Assembly: GCA_050953065.1 (NCBI GenBank)
Contig: JBMNLZ010000003.1
Coordinates: 288,001-352,000 of the forward strand
DNA length: 64,000 bases
Direction: 5' to 3'
Source: Bacilli bacterium
Lineage (GTDB): Bacteria; Bacillota_I; Bacilli_A; ML615J-28; CAG-698
Numbering within the stretch: the first letter of the stretch is position 1; each line of letters begins with the position of its first letter. The notes beneath the pieces are model-generated. The model saw nothing but the letters and a program-made list of their open reading frames with translations, was not told the DNA's origin and ran no database searches. The position numbers and the translations under genes are program-made. Below, in pieces: positions 47,686 through 57,285 of this stretch.

Positions 47686-48225
47686 TCATTTCTTTCTGGC
47701 TTTCAATAATTTTTCCATCATTAAATCCTGTGGATCAAGTTCATCTATCTCAGCTGATCCATTGTCTTGAATGATTGAATAAATTTGATACCAGATTTGG
47801 TTTACTTGTTTCATATATGCTTGCGACATAGAAACATACGGACTGGCGATTGCATTTCCTGTTGTCGGATGTTTTGCAAGCATTCCGTATTCAGATATAG
47901 CTTCTTCACATTGTATCCAACGAGAAACACTCATCGCATACTGTTCGATTAATTGATTACCGACCAGCGTCTCGCAGCCACGTTTCTTTAGCCATAAATA
48001 AGTGTTTTTGAAAATGTCCTGTGCATATAAGTCTTTTCCATTTTTTTGTTTCGCTTTTAAATAATCTTTTATCGGTGGAACTTCTACTCCTTTAATTTCA
48101 TCTGGAGTAATAAAGTCCGCCATGCTATCGAAGGTTGTAGTTAACACTTCTATCTTTTTTTTATTGGTTGGTTTCTTTCCACTACCAATTCTTGCACCGC
48201 CTCTTGCAGTACCGTCCTTCGCCAT
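47686..48225 (-). CDS. Terminase small subunit (P27 family)
   Basis: RGGARIGSGKK, QYAMSVSRWIQCE, HPTTGNAIASPYV. Confidence 0.88.
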   Translation of the reverse strand: MAKDGTARGGARIGSGKKPTNKKKIEVLTTTFDSMADFITPDEIKGVEVPPIKDYLKAKQKNGKDLYAQDIFKNTYLWLKKRGCETLVGNQLIEQYAMSVSRWIQCEEAISEYGMLAKHPTTGNAIASPYVSMSQAYMKQVNQIWYQIYSIIQDNGSAEIDELDPQDLMMEKLLKARKK

Positions 48226-48320
48226 CGCTTAATACCCCCTTTGAAATGAAAAAAATTCGCACGAAACCCCACGCTCGGTGTCGCATTATGCATCGGTAGA
48301 GATTTAGATCCCCCTACCCC
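48226..48320 (-). other. Probable cos/packaging initiation region
   Basis: GC-rich non-coding spacer (ggggtagggggatctaaatctct...gagcgtgggg) between HNH and terS, the usual cos location in HNH-assisted cos phages. Confidence 0.5.
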
Positions 48321-48671
48321 TCACTTACGATCACCTAGTTCATAATGTATCTTTGTATGACAGCTCTGGCATAGCGACATAAGATTATTAAACTGGTTAG
48401 TTCCGCCACTAGAAAGAGGTACGATGTGATGAACCTCTTCAACAGGTGTGATTCTTCCTTCCTTTAAACATCTCTCACAAAGTGGATGCTTCTTTACATA
48501 CAGCCCACGTATACGTTTCCAATTGTTACCATACTTCTTATCATGATTCGGTGCTCTATTGTGACGATCATATTGTTTCTGTCTTAATGAAGAGTGCTCC
48601 TCACAATAAGAATCTAACGTAAGTTTAGGACAACCAGGAAATGCACATGGCTTCTTTGGTTTACTTGGCAC
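48321..48671 (-). CDS. HNH endonuclease (packaging-associated)
   Basis: CERC...EVHHIVPLSSGGTNQFNNLMSLCQSCH. Confidence 0.92.
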   Translation of the reverse strand: MPSKPKKPCAFPGCPKLTLDSYCEEHSSLRQKQYDRHNRAPNHDKKYGNNWKRIRGLYVKKHPLCERCLKEGRITPVEEVHHIVPLSSGGTNQFNNLMSLCQSCHTKIHYELGDRK

Positions 48672-48697
48672 AGCAATTCCTACCTCCTTTTGTGCAT

Positions 48698-48730
48698 AAA
48701 AAAAGGCCAGCAGATTGCTCTGTCGACCTC
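48698..48730 (-). terminator. Terminator-like hairpin in the late-operon leader
   Basis: aggtcgacag-agcaat-ctgctggcct followed by T-run, upstream of HNH. Confidence 0.55.
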
Positions 48731-48757
48731 ATTCATCTATTGGAATTTCCTATTATA

Positions 48758-48827
48758 ATAATACCACACTCTTGACATGTTTACAACAGTCCAACGAGGT
48801 CCATCGTGGTTCATTATGGTTCATTTT
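48758..48827 (-). promoter_or_regulatory. Late promoter with four 10-bp activator-binding repeats
   Basis: agtccaacga/ggtccatcgt/ggttcattat/ggttcatttt at the 3' end of the activator gene, then extended -10 TGgTATTAT. Confidence 0.6.
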
Positions 48828-49240
48828 TTAAAGTCTATCTTGATATTCTCGATTCCTTCCTTGTGCCATCTTTTTATGGTGGATAAACTGAAATACATCT
48901 TGTTGGTTATCTGGTTAAAACTTAAAAGACTTATGTACCTTAGCATCAATACTGACTTTTGGTTTTCATCACTCAATGCTTCAATGACTGTTATAATCTC
49001 AGCTCTTTTCTCATCGAGTTTTTGTTCTACCTCTTTCATGTCTATTTCAAGGTCCCATAGTTTATTTAGCCATTTAACAAACGGTGCTTCAAGGTTTCTT
49101 GTTCCACTCACACGTTCTCTTGAGTAGTTTTGAGTCGGGATGGAATTAGCTAACTCTTCGTATTCTTCAGCACGTAATTTCATCATCTTTAATTTGTGTT
49201 GTAGTCTGCCTACTTGATTTAAGTATTCTTCTTTAGTCAT
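48821..49240 (-). CDS. Late transcriptional activator (DUF1492/RinA-ArpU-like)
   Basis: MTKEEYLNQ...VLMLRYI...QITNKMYFSLSTIKRWHKEG sigma-4-like HTH; upstream of HNH-terS. Confidence 0.8.
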   Translation of the reverse strand: MTKEEYLNQVGRLQHKLKMMKLRAEEYEELANSIPTQNYSRERVSGTRNLEAPFVKWLNKLWDLEIDMKEVEQKLDEKRAEIITVIEALSDENQKSVLMLRYISLLSFNQITNKMYFSLSTIKRWHKEGIENIKIDFKK

Positions 49241-49290
49241 TCTAATTCCTCCTTTGCTTGCTTATGTTTTCTTTAGTAAGGTTTATGTTG

Positions 49291-49713
49291 TCATGTTCCA
49301 TCATCAACCTCCGCTATCTTGTCTAGGCACTTGATTTCAATCGATATACCAGTAGGCTCATCTGACCAAACCTTCTCTGCTATCTCCCTAACCACTAAAG
49401 CATCGTCTTTCCAAAACCCTACTTCAGTCATACAGTCTTTGAGCATCTTTTGAAGATTGTCTGTATCAGGCTTTGTAATTCGCCACTCATAGTTCTTATG
49501 CCTCTTGCCTCTTGGAAACTTCCATCTAACATGTAGTTCAAGTGGTCCTTCAAATGGCATGGCAGGCTTGAAAGGTCTTAGATGTCTAATGAGCATATGC
49601 CTTGCCGCTTTCACTTTTTCTGGTTTATAAAACACAGGTCTATTTCCAACCACTGCTACCTTCGCTTCTTGAGCCGTCACTGTAGGTGGTTCCATCAATA
49701 AAAATATCTTCAT
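49291..49713 (-). CDS. rusA: RusA-family Holliday junction resolvase
   Basis: KPDTDNLQKMLKDCM...WKDDALV. Confidence 0.9.
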   Translation of the reverse strand: MKIFLLMEPPTVTAQEAKVAVVGNRPVFYKPEKVKAARHMLIRHLRPFKPAMPFEGPLELHVRWKFPRGKRHKNYEWRITKPDTDNLQKMLKDCMTEVGFWKDDALVVREIAEKVWSDEPTGISIEIKCLDKIAEVDDGT

Positions 49714-49754
49714 TACTTTCTCCTTTTTAGGTTTTTGGTTTTGAATAAAGGTAG

Positions 49755-49954
49755 TGCTGACTGATGAGGCATTTGTTTGGAATAGGGCGGGCTTTAGAGC
49801 CCTATTCTACAAACGATGCGTCAGCAGTGAAGGAACTTCATATATATAAGCCCTTTCTTCACTCTTCACTGAATTTGAAGATAGGGATTTTTTTACCTTT
49901 CTTCACTTCACCATTTTTATGAGTGAAGCACCCTTTTTCCCTATATTCACTCAT
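49755..49954. other. Putative phage replication origin
   Basis: Long hairpin tgctgac...gaatagggc/gccctattc...gtcagca (49755-49826), AT tract, cctttcttcact repeats (49852, 49896), directly downstream of the primase-helicase. Confidence 0.5.
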
Positions 49955-51950
49955 GCTTTTTTCGTGAGATTTTGCTGTCCTTTATTTCATAATCATCACT
50001 AAATTCAGCTATTCTTTTGCGTATAGTCCTATCGCTTAAATCCATATATTCTGATAAAGTTGCTAGACTACATGTTCCATCTTTTTCAACATTAATAGAA
50101 AACGCAGTGTCAAATTCTAGTTTTCTTGACTCAGGAGTTTGACTTCTTTTTCCGCTTTTATTTAGGTTTGTTCTAGGATCTCCTGATGCATAGTTTTTTT
50201 CTAATAAGTTCTTGTCATCTAACCTGTGAATTGGATGTTCAAACCAAAAGTTAACAGGCTTTATATTAGCGAATTCTCTCAAACTACTTTCAAGTCTCCA
50301 CGCTGATGCATATGGATTATCTAAGTATTGTTGTTTGAATTCATCCTCAAGTTCTAGCTCAATCATATCTAGCTGTGCATCGGGATCACGTGCGAATACG
50401 CCCGAACCAGAAGCCCTATCCATTGCACGTTTAGAACCTTGAGCACCCTTTGAGTGGTGATGACAATAAATAGCTGCAGAGCCTGTTTCATTACAAATCT
50501 TGTCAAACTGATTACAGAATGCACCCATCTCTGAAGCGTTGTTTTCATCACCTGTAATAACCTTGTAAATTGGATCGATAATTACTGCATCATATTGTTT
50601 GTTTGATATTCTTCTGATTAGCTTAGGTACAAGTTTATCAAGCGGCACTGCATGACCACGAAGGTTCCAAATTGAGATGTCATCGCTATGCTTTGGTGTT
50701 AATTTTAATGCCTTATAAATATCTGCAAAACGATTAACAAATGATGCAGAGTCTATTTCTAAGTTCACATAAAGTACTCTTGATTTCTTACATTTGAAAC
50801 CTAGCCACTCCATCCCTTCTGACAGTGCAACCGCAAGTTCCATAAGCAAAAATGATTTACCTGCTTTTGATGAACCTGAAATAAGCATTTTATGACCACA
50901 ACGCAGTATCCCTTTAATAAGCTCTTCAGGTAATGCTGGCGGATCTAATAACTGATCTTTTAGGTTTTGTAGCCCTGGAAGTTCGTCATTTGCACCTTCA
51001 ACATAATCAAGCCAATCTATCCATGAAGTGCGTCCTATATTTGTTGCTATTAATGTTTGTTCTTTACCGTTTCTTGTAACTCCTGGCATACGGGATAACC
51101 TTGAAGGATTGCGATTTTGTTTATCTACCTTTAGTCCGTTCTTTTCTAGGTAATCGTATAAGAAATCTACCCTTTTTCTGTATTCTTCATAGTCCTTCGC
51201 ATCAACCTTAACAATTGCGTGAATAGACTTTCCAGCAGAGCTTGTAAGAGTTGCTATTGGTAGTTCAAGCTTTCTATAAAAAGCATCTTGTTCTGATATT
51301 GGCATATCGTCTGACTCAACGAGTGCATAAGTAAAACGAGTGATATTTTCATTTTTTACACCTAAGCCATCTAAAGGATTAAATCTAATCCAAGCACCAC
51401 ATTCTTCTTTCCAATCACCTATCGTTGCACCTAAGTCAACTGGGTGCTTTTTTAGTGTATCTATTAATTCCTGTGCACTGCGATCATAGACGCCTTTTGA
51501 TGGCATCCATTTTCCCTCTGCATCCTGCCATACATCGTTTGTTACATATCCGACTAAATCTTCTGGTTTGAATAAGGTTTCAAGATAAAGAATAAGCTGC
51601 TCAACTGGTGTCATTGTCATTGGTATTTCATAAGTTATACCATCGCCATCATATTCAATGACATCATCCCAATCTAAATAGCCATCTCCTACAAAAGGGT
51701 GCGGAGTATAGCCATTGGCCTTTGCCATTTGTACTATTGTTCCGCCAGTTATAGGATTTGAGCTACCAACAAAGGTAGCCCATTTCCTTTCACATTCATT
51801 TGCTTTGTATCTTGAATCATTTTTGGACCATTCATCCCATACTGAGCAGTCGTAGCCTTCAGCCTTTAATGCCATGCCGACATTGATCCATTCTTGATAA
51901 CTTAAATCGGCAACATTGATGTGATTTAGTGCTTCTAGTATGTTGTCCAT
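49947..51950 (-). CDS. Primase-helicase (PriCT-2 + primase-like + AAA_25)
   Basis: YQEWINVGMALK PriCT-2; LVESD, SAGKSIHAIV, NPSRLSRMPG; Walker A GSSKAGKS, IIDPIYK, HHHSKG, RASGSG. Confidence 0.88.
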   Translation of the reverse strand: MDNILEALNHINVADLSYQEWINVGMALKAEGYDCSVWDEWSKNDSRYKANECERKWATFVGSSNPITGGTIVQMAKANGYTPHPFVGDGYLDWDDVIEYDGDGITYEIPMTMTPVEQLILYLETLFKPEDLVGYVTNDVWQDAEGKWMPSKGVYDRSAQELIDTLKKHPVDLGATIGDWKEECGAWIRFNPLDGLGVKNENITRFTYALVESDDMPISEQDAFYRKLELPIATLTSSAGKSIHAIVKVDAKDYEEYRKRVDFLYDYLEKNGLKVDKQNRNPSRLSRMPGVTRNGKEQTLIATNIGRTSWIDWLDYVEGANDELPGLQNLKDQLLDPPALPEELIKGILRCGHKMLISGSSKAGKSFLLMELAVALSEGMEWLGFKCKKSRVLYVNLEIDSASFVNRFADIYKALKLTPKHSDDISIWNLRGHAVPLDKLVPKLIRRISNKQYDAVIIDPIYKVITGDENNASEMGAFCNQFDKICNETGSAAIYCHHHSKGAQGSKRAMDRASGSGVFARDPDAQLDMIELELEDEFKQQYLDNPYASAWRLESSLREFANIKPVNFWFEHPIHRLDDKNLLEKNYASGDPRTNLNKSGKRSQTPESRKLEFDTAFSINVEKDGTCSLATLSEYMDLSDRTIRKRIAEFSDDYEIKDSKISRKKHE

Positions 51951-51964
51951 AATATCCTCTCTCC

Positions 51965-53542
51965 TTATGGTTGATAACTTGCAGCATCAATGCCACGAGG
52001 TACGTACCAATTATTATTTGAAATTCTAGTAATCATCTTACTTGCACTGTCAAAGCCCCATGTTCCTACGTGATAGAAACCATACTTTTCAAGTAATCTG
52101 ATTTGTTTTGGTGTTGCTAAATGTTCGTCTTGTCTAGCTCTTAACTTTTCAATAATTGAGCTTGCGTGACCTGAGCATGTAATCGTGTCTGTTAAGATAC
52201 CCATTTTCTCAAGATATGATTTTTGTCTTTCAGTAACAGGTCCCATTTCCCAAGCAAATGTTGGTTCATAGTTAACTAAGTCTTCTGCTGAAATAGAAAG
52301 TGCATATTCAAGCGGATCGACATATTTTCTTTGACGCTTCTTCATTGCAGCAAGTTCACGAGCAAGTGCAGCTTCACGTTCTTGAATAACATCTTTTTCA
52401 GCTCTATTTTCTGCTTCTAGTAGGTCAATGCCACCGCCTGTATCCATGACTAATTTATCGATGCGTTTTGCGATGCTTTCATCTTTTGAGATAAGAGCTG
52501 AAGGTCTGCATAAATCATGACGCTCTGTCATCCATAAGAAATCTAGTAATAAGAGTTCATTCTTGTTAGGACTAAGTCTCATGCCACGCCCGACCATTTG
52601 TTGATATAAACTTCTAATCTTTGTAGGTCTTAAAACTACTATGGTATCTACCGATGGACAGTCCCAGCCTTCTGTTAAAAGCATAGAATTACAAAGAACA
52701 TCGTATTCACCATTTTCAAAGTCTTTTAATATTTCATCTCTATCTGGTGAGTTACCATTTACTTCGACTGCTTTTAATCCATGAACATTAAGGAGTTCAC
52801 AGAACTTTTGTGAGGTCTTTACCAAAGGTAAAAATACGACAGCCTTACGTCCTTTGCAGTAGTTCACCATTTCAATTGCTATTTGGTTTAAGTAAGGCTC
52901 TAACGCACCGCCAATTTCACCAACTGCATAATCACCGTTAGACATTCCTACATTGTTGATATCAAGTTCAAGTGGTATCATCTGTGCTCTTACAGGACAT
53001 AAAAACCCATCTTTTACTGCTTGATGCATTGAATATTCATAGGCTTTACTATTGAAGAATTGACCTAGATTTTTTTGATCTGCTCTATCTGGAGTAGCTG
53101 TTACCCCTAGTACTTTTGCAGAATCAAAGTGTGTTAATACTCGCTGATATGTTGGCGACATCGCATGATGTGCCTCATCTACAACGATCGTTTTAAAGTA
53201 ATCTCTTGGAAACTTAGTAAGTCGTTTTTCTTGAGATAAGGTTTGAACCGATGCAACTGTGACATTTAATGGAGAGCCTATTGAGGTAGACTCTGCCTTT
53301 TCCAAAGCAGAATCTAACCCACTAGCTACCTTTAACTTATCTGATGCTTGGTCTAGAAGTTCACCACGATGAGCAAGGATTAATGCCCTACTATCATCTT
53401 TGACTTCTTCTTCAACAACCTTTGAGAAAACGACCGTCTTACCTGTGCCAGTTGGCAAAACAAGTAATGTATTCTTAAATCCGCTATTCCATTGATTAAA
53501 AATTGCCTTTACAGCTTCATTTTGATACGGTCTTAAAATCAT
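51965..53542 (-). CDS. SF2 DEAD/DEAH-box helicase
   Basis: LRPYQ, PTGTGKT, DEAHH, TATP, LTEGWD, QMVGRGMR. Confidence 0.93.
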   Translation of the reverse strand: MILRPYQNEAVKAIFNQWNSGFKNTLLVLPTGTGKTVVFSKVVEEEVKDDSRALILAHRGELLDQASDKLKVASGLDSALEKAESTSIGSPLNVTVASVQTLSQEKRLTKFPRDYFKTIVVDEAHHAMSPTYQRVLTHFDSAKVLGVTATPDRADQKNLGQFFNSKAYEYSMHQAVKDGFLCPVRAQMIPLELDINNVGMSNGDYAVGEIGGALEPYLNQIAIEMVNYCKGRKAVVFLPLVKTSQKFCELLNVHGLKAVEVNGNSPDRDEILKDFENGEYDVLCNSMLLTEGWDCPSVDTIVVLRPTKIRSLYQQMVGRGMRLSPNKNELLLLDFLWMTERHDLCRPSALISKDESIAKRIDKLVMDTGGGIDLLEAENRAEKDVIQEREAALARELAAMKKRQRKYVDPLEYALSISAEDLVNYEPTFAWEMGPVTERQKSYLEKMGILTDTITCSGHASSIIEKLRARQDEHLATPKQIRLLEKYGFYHVGTWGFDSASKMITRISNNNWYVPRGIDAASYQP

Positions 53543-53552
53543 AAATTACCTC

Positions 53553-54029
53553 CTAAAATGGAAGGTCATCATTGCTGATTTCTACCATAAAAAATGTAGG
53601 ATCATAATCGATGAAACGATCAAGATCATTGACTGTCTTTTCATCACCTGATTGATTAACATATGTTCTTTGTTTGAAATGAGCACGACCTTGTGAGCCG
53701 ATTACTTTATTCCAATCCATAGTTAATTTTTCACCATGTTTCTTTTGTCCGATGCTACGAAAGAATGCAGAAATACGCCATTCAAGAGTACGGTAAAGAA
53801 GTAAATCAAACTTAATAATTGATACACCTTCTGGTGCATTTACTTGAACAGTAATTGAAGCTTTGTTACATGCAGGAACCTTTGGTCCGCCAGGAAATCT
53901 TCCTCTTTCAAAATTTGTAACTACAAAGTTGTAGTCGCCTTCTGGCAATAGGACAAACTCTCGTCCATCGTTTTCTATGGAATCGTTCCAATCCATCATC
54001 ATGTTTTGGTTATTAATATTTTCAGCCAT
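53553..54029 (-). CDS. Phage single-stranded DNA-binding protein (DUF669-like)
   Basis: LLPEGDYNFVV N-terminus, acidic DDLPF C-terminus; follows the AAA_24 gene. Confidence 0.7.
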   Translation of the reverse strand: MAENINNQNMMMDWNDSIENDGREFVLLPEGDYNFVVTNFERGRFPGGPKVPACNKASITVQVNAPEGVSIIKFDLLLYRTLEWRISAFFRSIGQKKHGEKLTMDWNKVIGSQGRAHFKQRTYVNQSGDEKTVNDLDRFIDYDPTFFMVEISNDDLPF

Positions 54030-54031
54030 TT

Positions 54032-54988
54032 TTATTTACCTCCGTTTGTTTTAGTTATTGTTTGAGTAATCTTTGCCCAGTTTGGAATAATCCATCTGGT
54101 AATGAAATCGTCTGAGTAAGTTGATATATCAGCATCAAGTGCATAATGGCCTTTAGCTGCCACAATTTTTTTGATATCTTCTTCGGTAATACCTGCATCT
54201 TTGATCATGTTTTTTAACTTTTCGATGTTAGGTTGTACCACCTCTTTTGTTGGCTCTATTTGGCCCGTTTTAGGCGACACGTCGTCAAACAAATGAGATA
54301 TCGAACTGAAAGCCAAGTCTAACTCATCGGCCAAACTGAAGCGATTTTTGGCGTCCCAACAAGGGTTGTGTGTCGTATACATTACTCGCTTACCACCGCT
54401 TGCTTTCTTTGTGTTGTTTTCAGTAGTGATAACGAAAGTTTTATAGTTACAGAAAAGTAAGGCATCACACCATTCTTTGACTAATGGAGCACATTGTTTC
54501 GTTAGCTTCATTTCCCATCTATCAAATTGTCCTTGTTCTTCTGGAAGCTCGAATTTTCGTGGCTTTCCATGAGCTATAACTACTGGATTAATTCCCACAT
54601 CGACAAGTTTGGATAATAGTTGAAGTAAGGTAGAGAACTCTTCAGCAAGGTAGGTGTAGCCCTTACCAAAACCGAAGTCCTCTATATTTGCTTTGCGATA
54701 CTTATTACAAATGAAGTCAGTACATAAACCCTCAGCCCAGTCTGCAGTATCTACCACTAGGGTTTTACAAACTTCTGGATGAGCAATTATCTCTTTAACT
54801 GTTGCGATCAACTCTTCCCAGCTTGTGATCTTAATACGTCTGACATTTAATCTTGAGGTTCCACCTTCAGTATCTAAAAAAAGTGGATCAGGCATTTTGG
54901 CTGCTAACGATGTTTTACCAACACCCTCAGCACCATAAATACAGAATTTAATCGGTGTCTTTTCAACACCACTAATTATGTTTAGCAT
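54032..54988 (-). CDS. AAA_24 ATPase (Sak4-like recombination protein)
   Basis: IYGAEGVGKT, LDTEGGT, VVDTADW, GFGKGY, AKNRF. Confidence 0.85.
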   Translation of the reverse strand: MLNIISGVEKTPIKFCIYGAEGVGKTSLAAKMPDPLFLDTEGGTSRLNVRRIKITSWEELIATVKEIIAHPEVCKTLVVDTADWAEGLCTDFICNKYRKANIEDFGFGKGYTYLAEEFSTLLQLLSKLVDVGINPVVIAHGKPRKFELPEEQGQFDRWEMKLTKQCAPLVKEWCDALLFCNYKTFVITTENNTKKASGGKRVMYTTHNPCWDAKNRFSLADELDLAFSSISHLFDDVSPKTGQIEPTKEVVQPNIEKLKNMIKDAGITEEDIKKIVAAKGHYALDADISTYSDDFITRWIIPNWAKITQTITKTNGGK

Positions 54989-54990
54989 AG

Positions 54991-56148
54991 TTATTTCGTC
55001 TCCTTGTTTATTTTTATTTCTTCTCTAGCATCAGATTCCTGAGCTAGCACTGCTTGTCCTTTTGGCTTTATAATGTAGCCTCCGACTAAGTCATTAAATT
55101 GTGTCTTTCCGAGCATCTTTTGTAGCTCACTAATAGGCATTAGTTTCTTAGCTGCAAATGGATCGTATCCGTTATCAGTTAGAATTCTTACTACTGCATC
55201 TTCATCACTGATTTTGCGTTTAGTAACCGATTCAACAACCTTGTAGCCTTTCCACTTTTTACCTTCAATAGCCTTTTTCAAGCAATACTCCTTGATGTCA
55301 TCAACGTAAGTAATGATGCCGTCTAGTTTTGGTAATAGGGCTTCAATTTCCTCATCAGTCATAAATTCTGGTTTATTAACTTCTTTGATTGCTTGAAGTG
55401 TATCTTCTGCCCTTTGTCTGCAGATGTTGCGACCAGGACAGTACTTGCACCAAACACCACTATTTGCTTTTGCATCTTCACTTAATGCTTCCTTTGCTGC
55501 AGGGATAAGTCTTTTTTGTTCCCACTTTTCAAGGTCCTCAGAAGTAATGGAATACTCTGAAATGTTGTTAATCCGTTCTTGATAAATTACTAAACGAATA
55601 TTCTTGATTGGATAAAAGTCCTTGTAGCATTTGTAGGCATACAGACCATAAATACCAAGTTGCGAATTCAGCTCATTTAGTGTTTCATCGAATGGCGTAA
55701 CTTTAATAAAGCCAGTCTTGTTATCGATGATTGTTAAAGTATCACCTGCAATAATTCCGCAATCCAAAGTTCCATGAGTATCTGGTGCATAGTCCATTTC
55801 TAGGAGCTGTTCAATTAGTATCACTGGCTGCTCGCCCGTACGCTTTGCTTCATAATCAACAGTGCTGATTACATAGTTAGCGTAGCCAGTGGCTAATCGT
55901 TCCATCTCTTCTGAATAGTGCTTAAATCCTGCTTTTAATTCTTCTGTTGTTAATTTCACTTCAGATTCATAATCTTCAAGTTTTAAGCTTTGTCTAATGT
56001 AGTGTTCTGCAAGTAGATGACACTCACTTCCAAACTCGCTAGCGTCAGAAGTTTCTTCAACTTTATTTGCTAGGAACTTAGCGGCGTGTCCACAATAGAA
56101 CCATTCCTTACTACTCGGAGCTAAGATCGAGTGTGTCTTTTGACTCAT
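54991..56148 (-). CDS. DUF2800-family PD-(D/E)XK (Cas4-like) exonuclease
   Basis: HSILAPSS, GSECH, IEQ, GTLDC, IIDNKTG, QLGIYG, WCKYCPGRNIC. Confidence 0.85.
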   Translation of the reverse strand: MSQKTHSILAPSSKEWFYCGHAAKFLANKVEETSDASEFGSECHLLAEHYIRQSLKLEDYESEVKLTTEELKAGFKHYSEEMERLATGYANYVISTVDYEAKRTGEQPVILIEQLLEMDYAPDTHGTLDCGIIAGDTLTIIDNKTGFIKVTPFDETLNELNSQLGIYGLYAYKCYKDFYPIKNIRLVIYQERINNISEYSITSEDLEKWEQKRLIPAAKEALSEDAKANSGVWCKYCPGRNICRQRAEDTLQAIKEVNKPEFMTDEEIEALLPKLDGIITYVDDIKEYCLKKAIEGKKWKGYKVVESVTKRKISDEDAVVRILTDNGYDPFAAKKLMPISELQKMLGKTQFNDLVGGYIIKPKGQAVLAQESDAREEIKINKETK

Positions 56149-56299
56149 CTTTCTCACCTCCTTCTTTTGCATCTCCATTTAGGAGCATTACTTCTTCCGC
56201 CAAAGCCTTAGTAAGCGAGCTGATTGTTAATAAAGAATCAAATATATCAACTTTACTTACTACGGGTTCTTCTCTGGGCTTTTGATCATCGTCAACCAT
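56111..56299 (-). CDS. Small hypothetical phage protein
   Basis: MVDDDQKPREE... with AAGGAGG RBS; first gene of the replication operon. Confidence 0.6.
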   Translation of the reverse strand: MVDDDQKPREEPVVSKVDIFDSLLTISSLTKALAEEVMLLNGDAKEGGEKDESKDTLDLSSE

Positions 56300-56346
56300 A
56301 GCGTTGTCCTCCTTTGATTTTTTTGAAAGCTGATCTTGCCTTCTAA

Positions 56347-56381
56347 AAGTCAAATGGGAACTCGACAGGCTTTTGCCAAAA
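56347..56381 (-). promoter_or_regulatory. Putative phage-sigma-dependent promoter, copy 2 (replication operon)
   Basis: Same 35-bp motif as 24634-24668, immediately downstream of the sigma-like gene. Confidence 0.65.
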
Positions 56382-56386
56382 AAATA

Positions 56387-56983
56387 TCAAAATTTGTCTA
56401 CAATTTTTTCTCTAAGCATTTTTATAAGACTTGATTTCTTGTATTGAACCGTTGATCGTTTCAAACCCATAGCTTTAGCGATTTGATCATCTGTGTAACC
56501 ATCGTTGAATAGTTTCAGTATTTTCTGACTCTCTTCATCTAAAAGCGATAGTTCACGTTTGAGTGCTTTTCTCATTTCAGCATTAGCGAACGCTTCTTGA
56601 GGTGTTTCTGTGGAAGTGTCTGCAATTTCATAGTTGTTGTCTTCCATAAAGCGATCTAAGGATAAAGGCCTACCATCTCTTTGTGTTTTACCGAATGGAC
56701 AATTATTACAGTCTTCTTGACACCTTTTCATGTATGAGTACCTTTCTGAAGGAACTAAGCATCTGCTTTCGTTATCCCTTTGTCTTTTTTCTTCTGCCAG
56801 CATGTTTCGCCAATCATAGAAAAACTGGATATCACAAGGCACATACATTCTTTTTCTTTTGATGCTATTAAAGTAAGAACAGTAACGCATCTCATCTTCT
56901 GGTTTCTTGTCTTTGTTGTACTCAGCGATAGCTTCTTTGATTTCTTCTTCACTTGAGTACTCGTCTTTTAGTTTTTTAATCAT
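56387..56983 (-). CDS. Sigma-70 region 4-like phage transcription factor
   Basis: PLSLDRF, LDEESQKILKL, GYTDDQIAKAMGLKRSTVQYKK HTH; Cys motif RCQEDCNNCP; GGAGG RBS. Confidence 0.8.
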   Translation of the reverse strand: MIKKLKDEYSSEEEIKEAIAEYNKDKKPEDEMRYCSYFNSIKRKRMYVPCDIQFFYDWRNMLAEEKRQRDNESRCLVPSERYSYMKRCQEDCNNCPFGKTQRDGRPLSLDRFMEDNNYEIADTSTETPQEAFANAEMRKALKRELSLLDEESQKILKLFNDGYTDDQIAKAMGLKRSTVQYKKSSLIKMLREKIVDKF

Positions 56984-57130
56984 TAAAAAATCCTCCGTTT
57001 CAAAATTTCTTTTAGAAATGGAAGATCTTTTAATGCAGTCCAAGCGTTATTCGGGCATAGCAAAAAGAACGGTGAACCTTTTTCAAGATTTCCATTTCTA
57101 TTTGCAGTCCACTCCCACAGCTTTCTGCGT
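56984..57130 (-). promoter_or_regulatory. Structured 5' leader of the sigma-like gene (alternative SD-sequestering stems)
   Basis: Anti-SD 57013-57029 can pair with the SD arm 56989-57001 or with 57085-57100; tgcagtcca direct repeats at 57034 and 57103; U-tract at 57062-57066. Confidence 0.6.
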
Positions 57131-57256
57131 TTTTTTTGTGTGTTTTGGATAGTCCTACGTGGGATGCAGCGATATCTTCTGCAGTAGTGACTTCCTTAAC
57201 ACAATGCCAAAACTACTTATCTCAAATTTTTTGTTTAATATAAATTACTTGAGATA

Positions 57257-57285
57257 TTGTGTATTTCGGCTATTCGTGATATAAT
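57257..57285 (+). promoter_or_regulatory. Putative promoter of the ABC-3C operon
   Basis: TTGTGT-17 bp-TATAAT with extended TG. Confidence 0.5.

Noticed and set aside
54991-56148. Cas4 as part of a CRISPR system
   Set aside because: It sits in a phage recombination operon with AAA_24 and SSB; typical DUF2800 exonuclease context.
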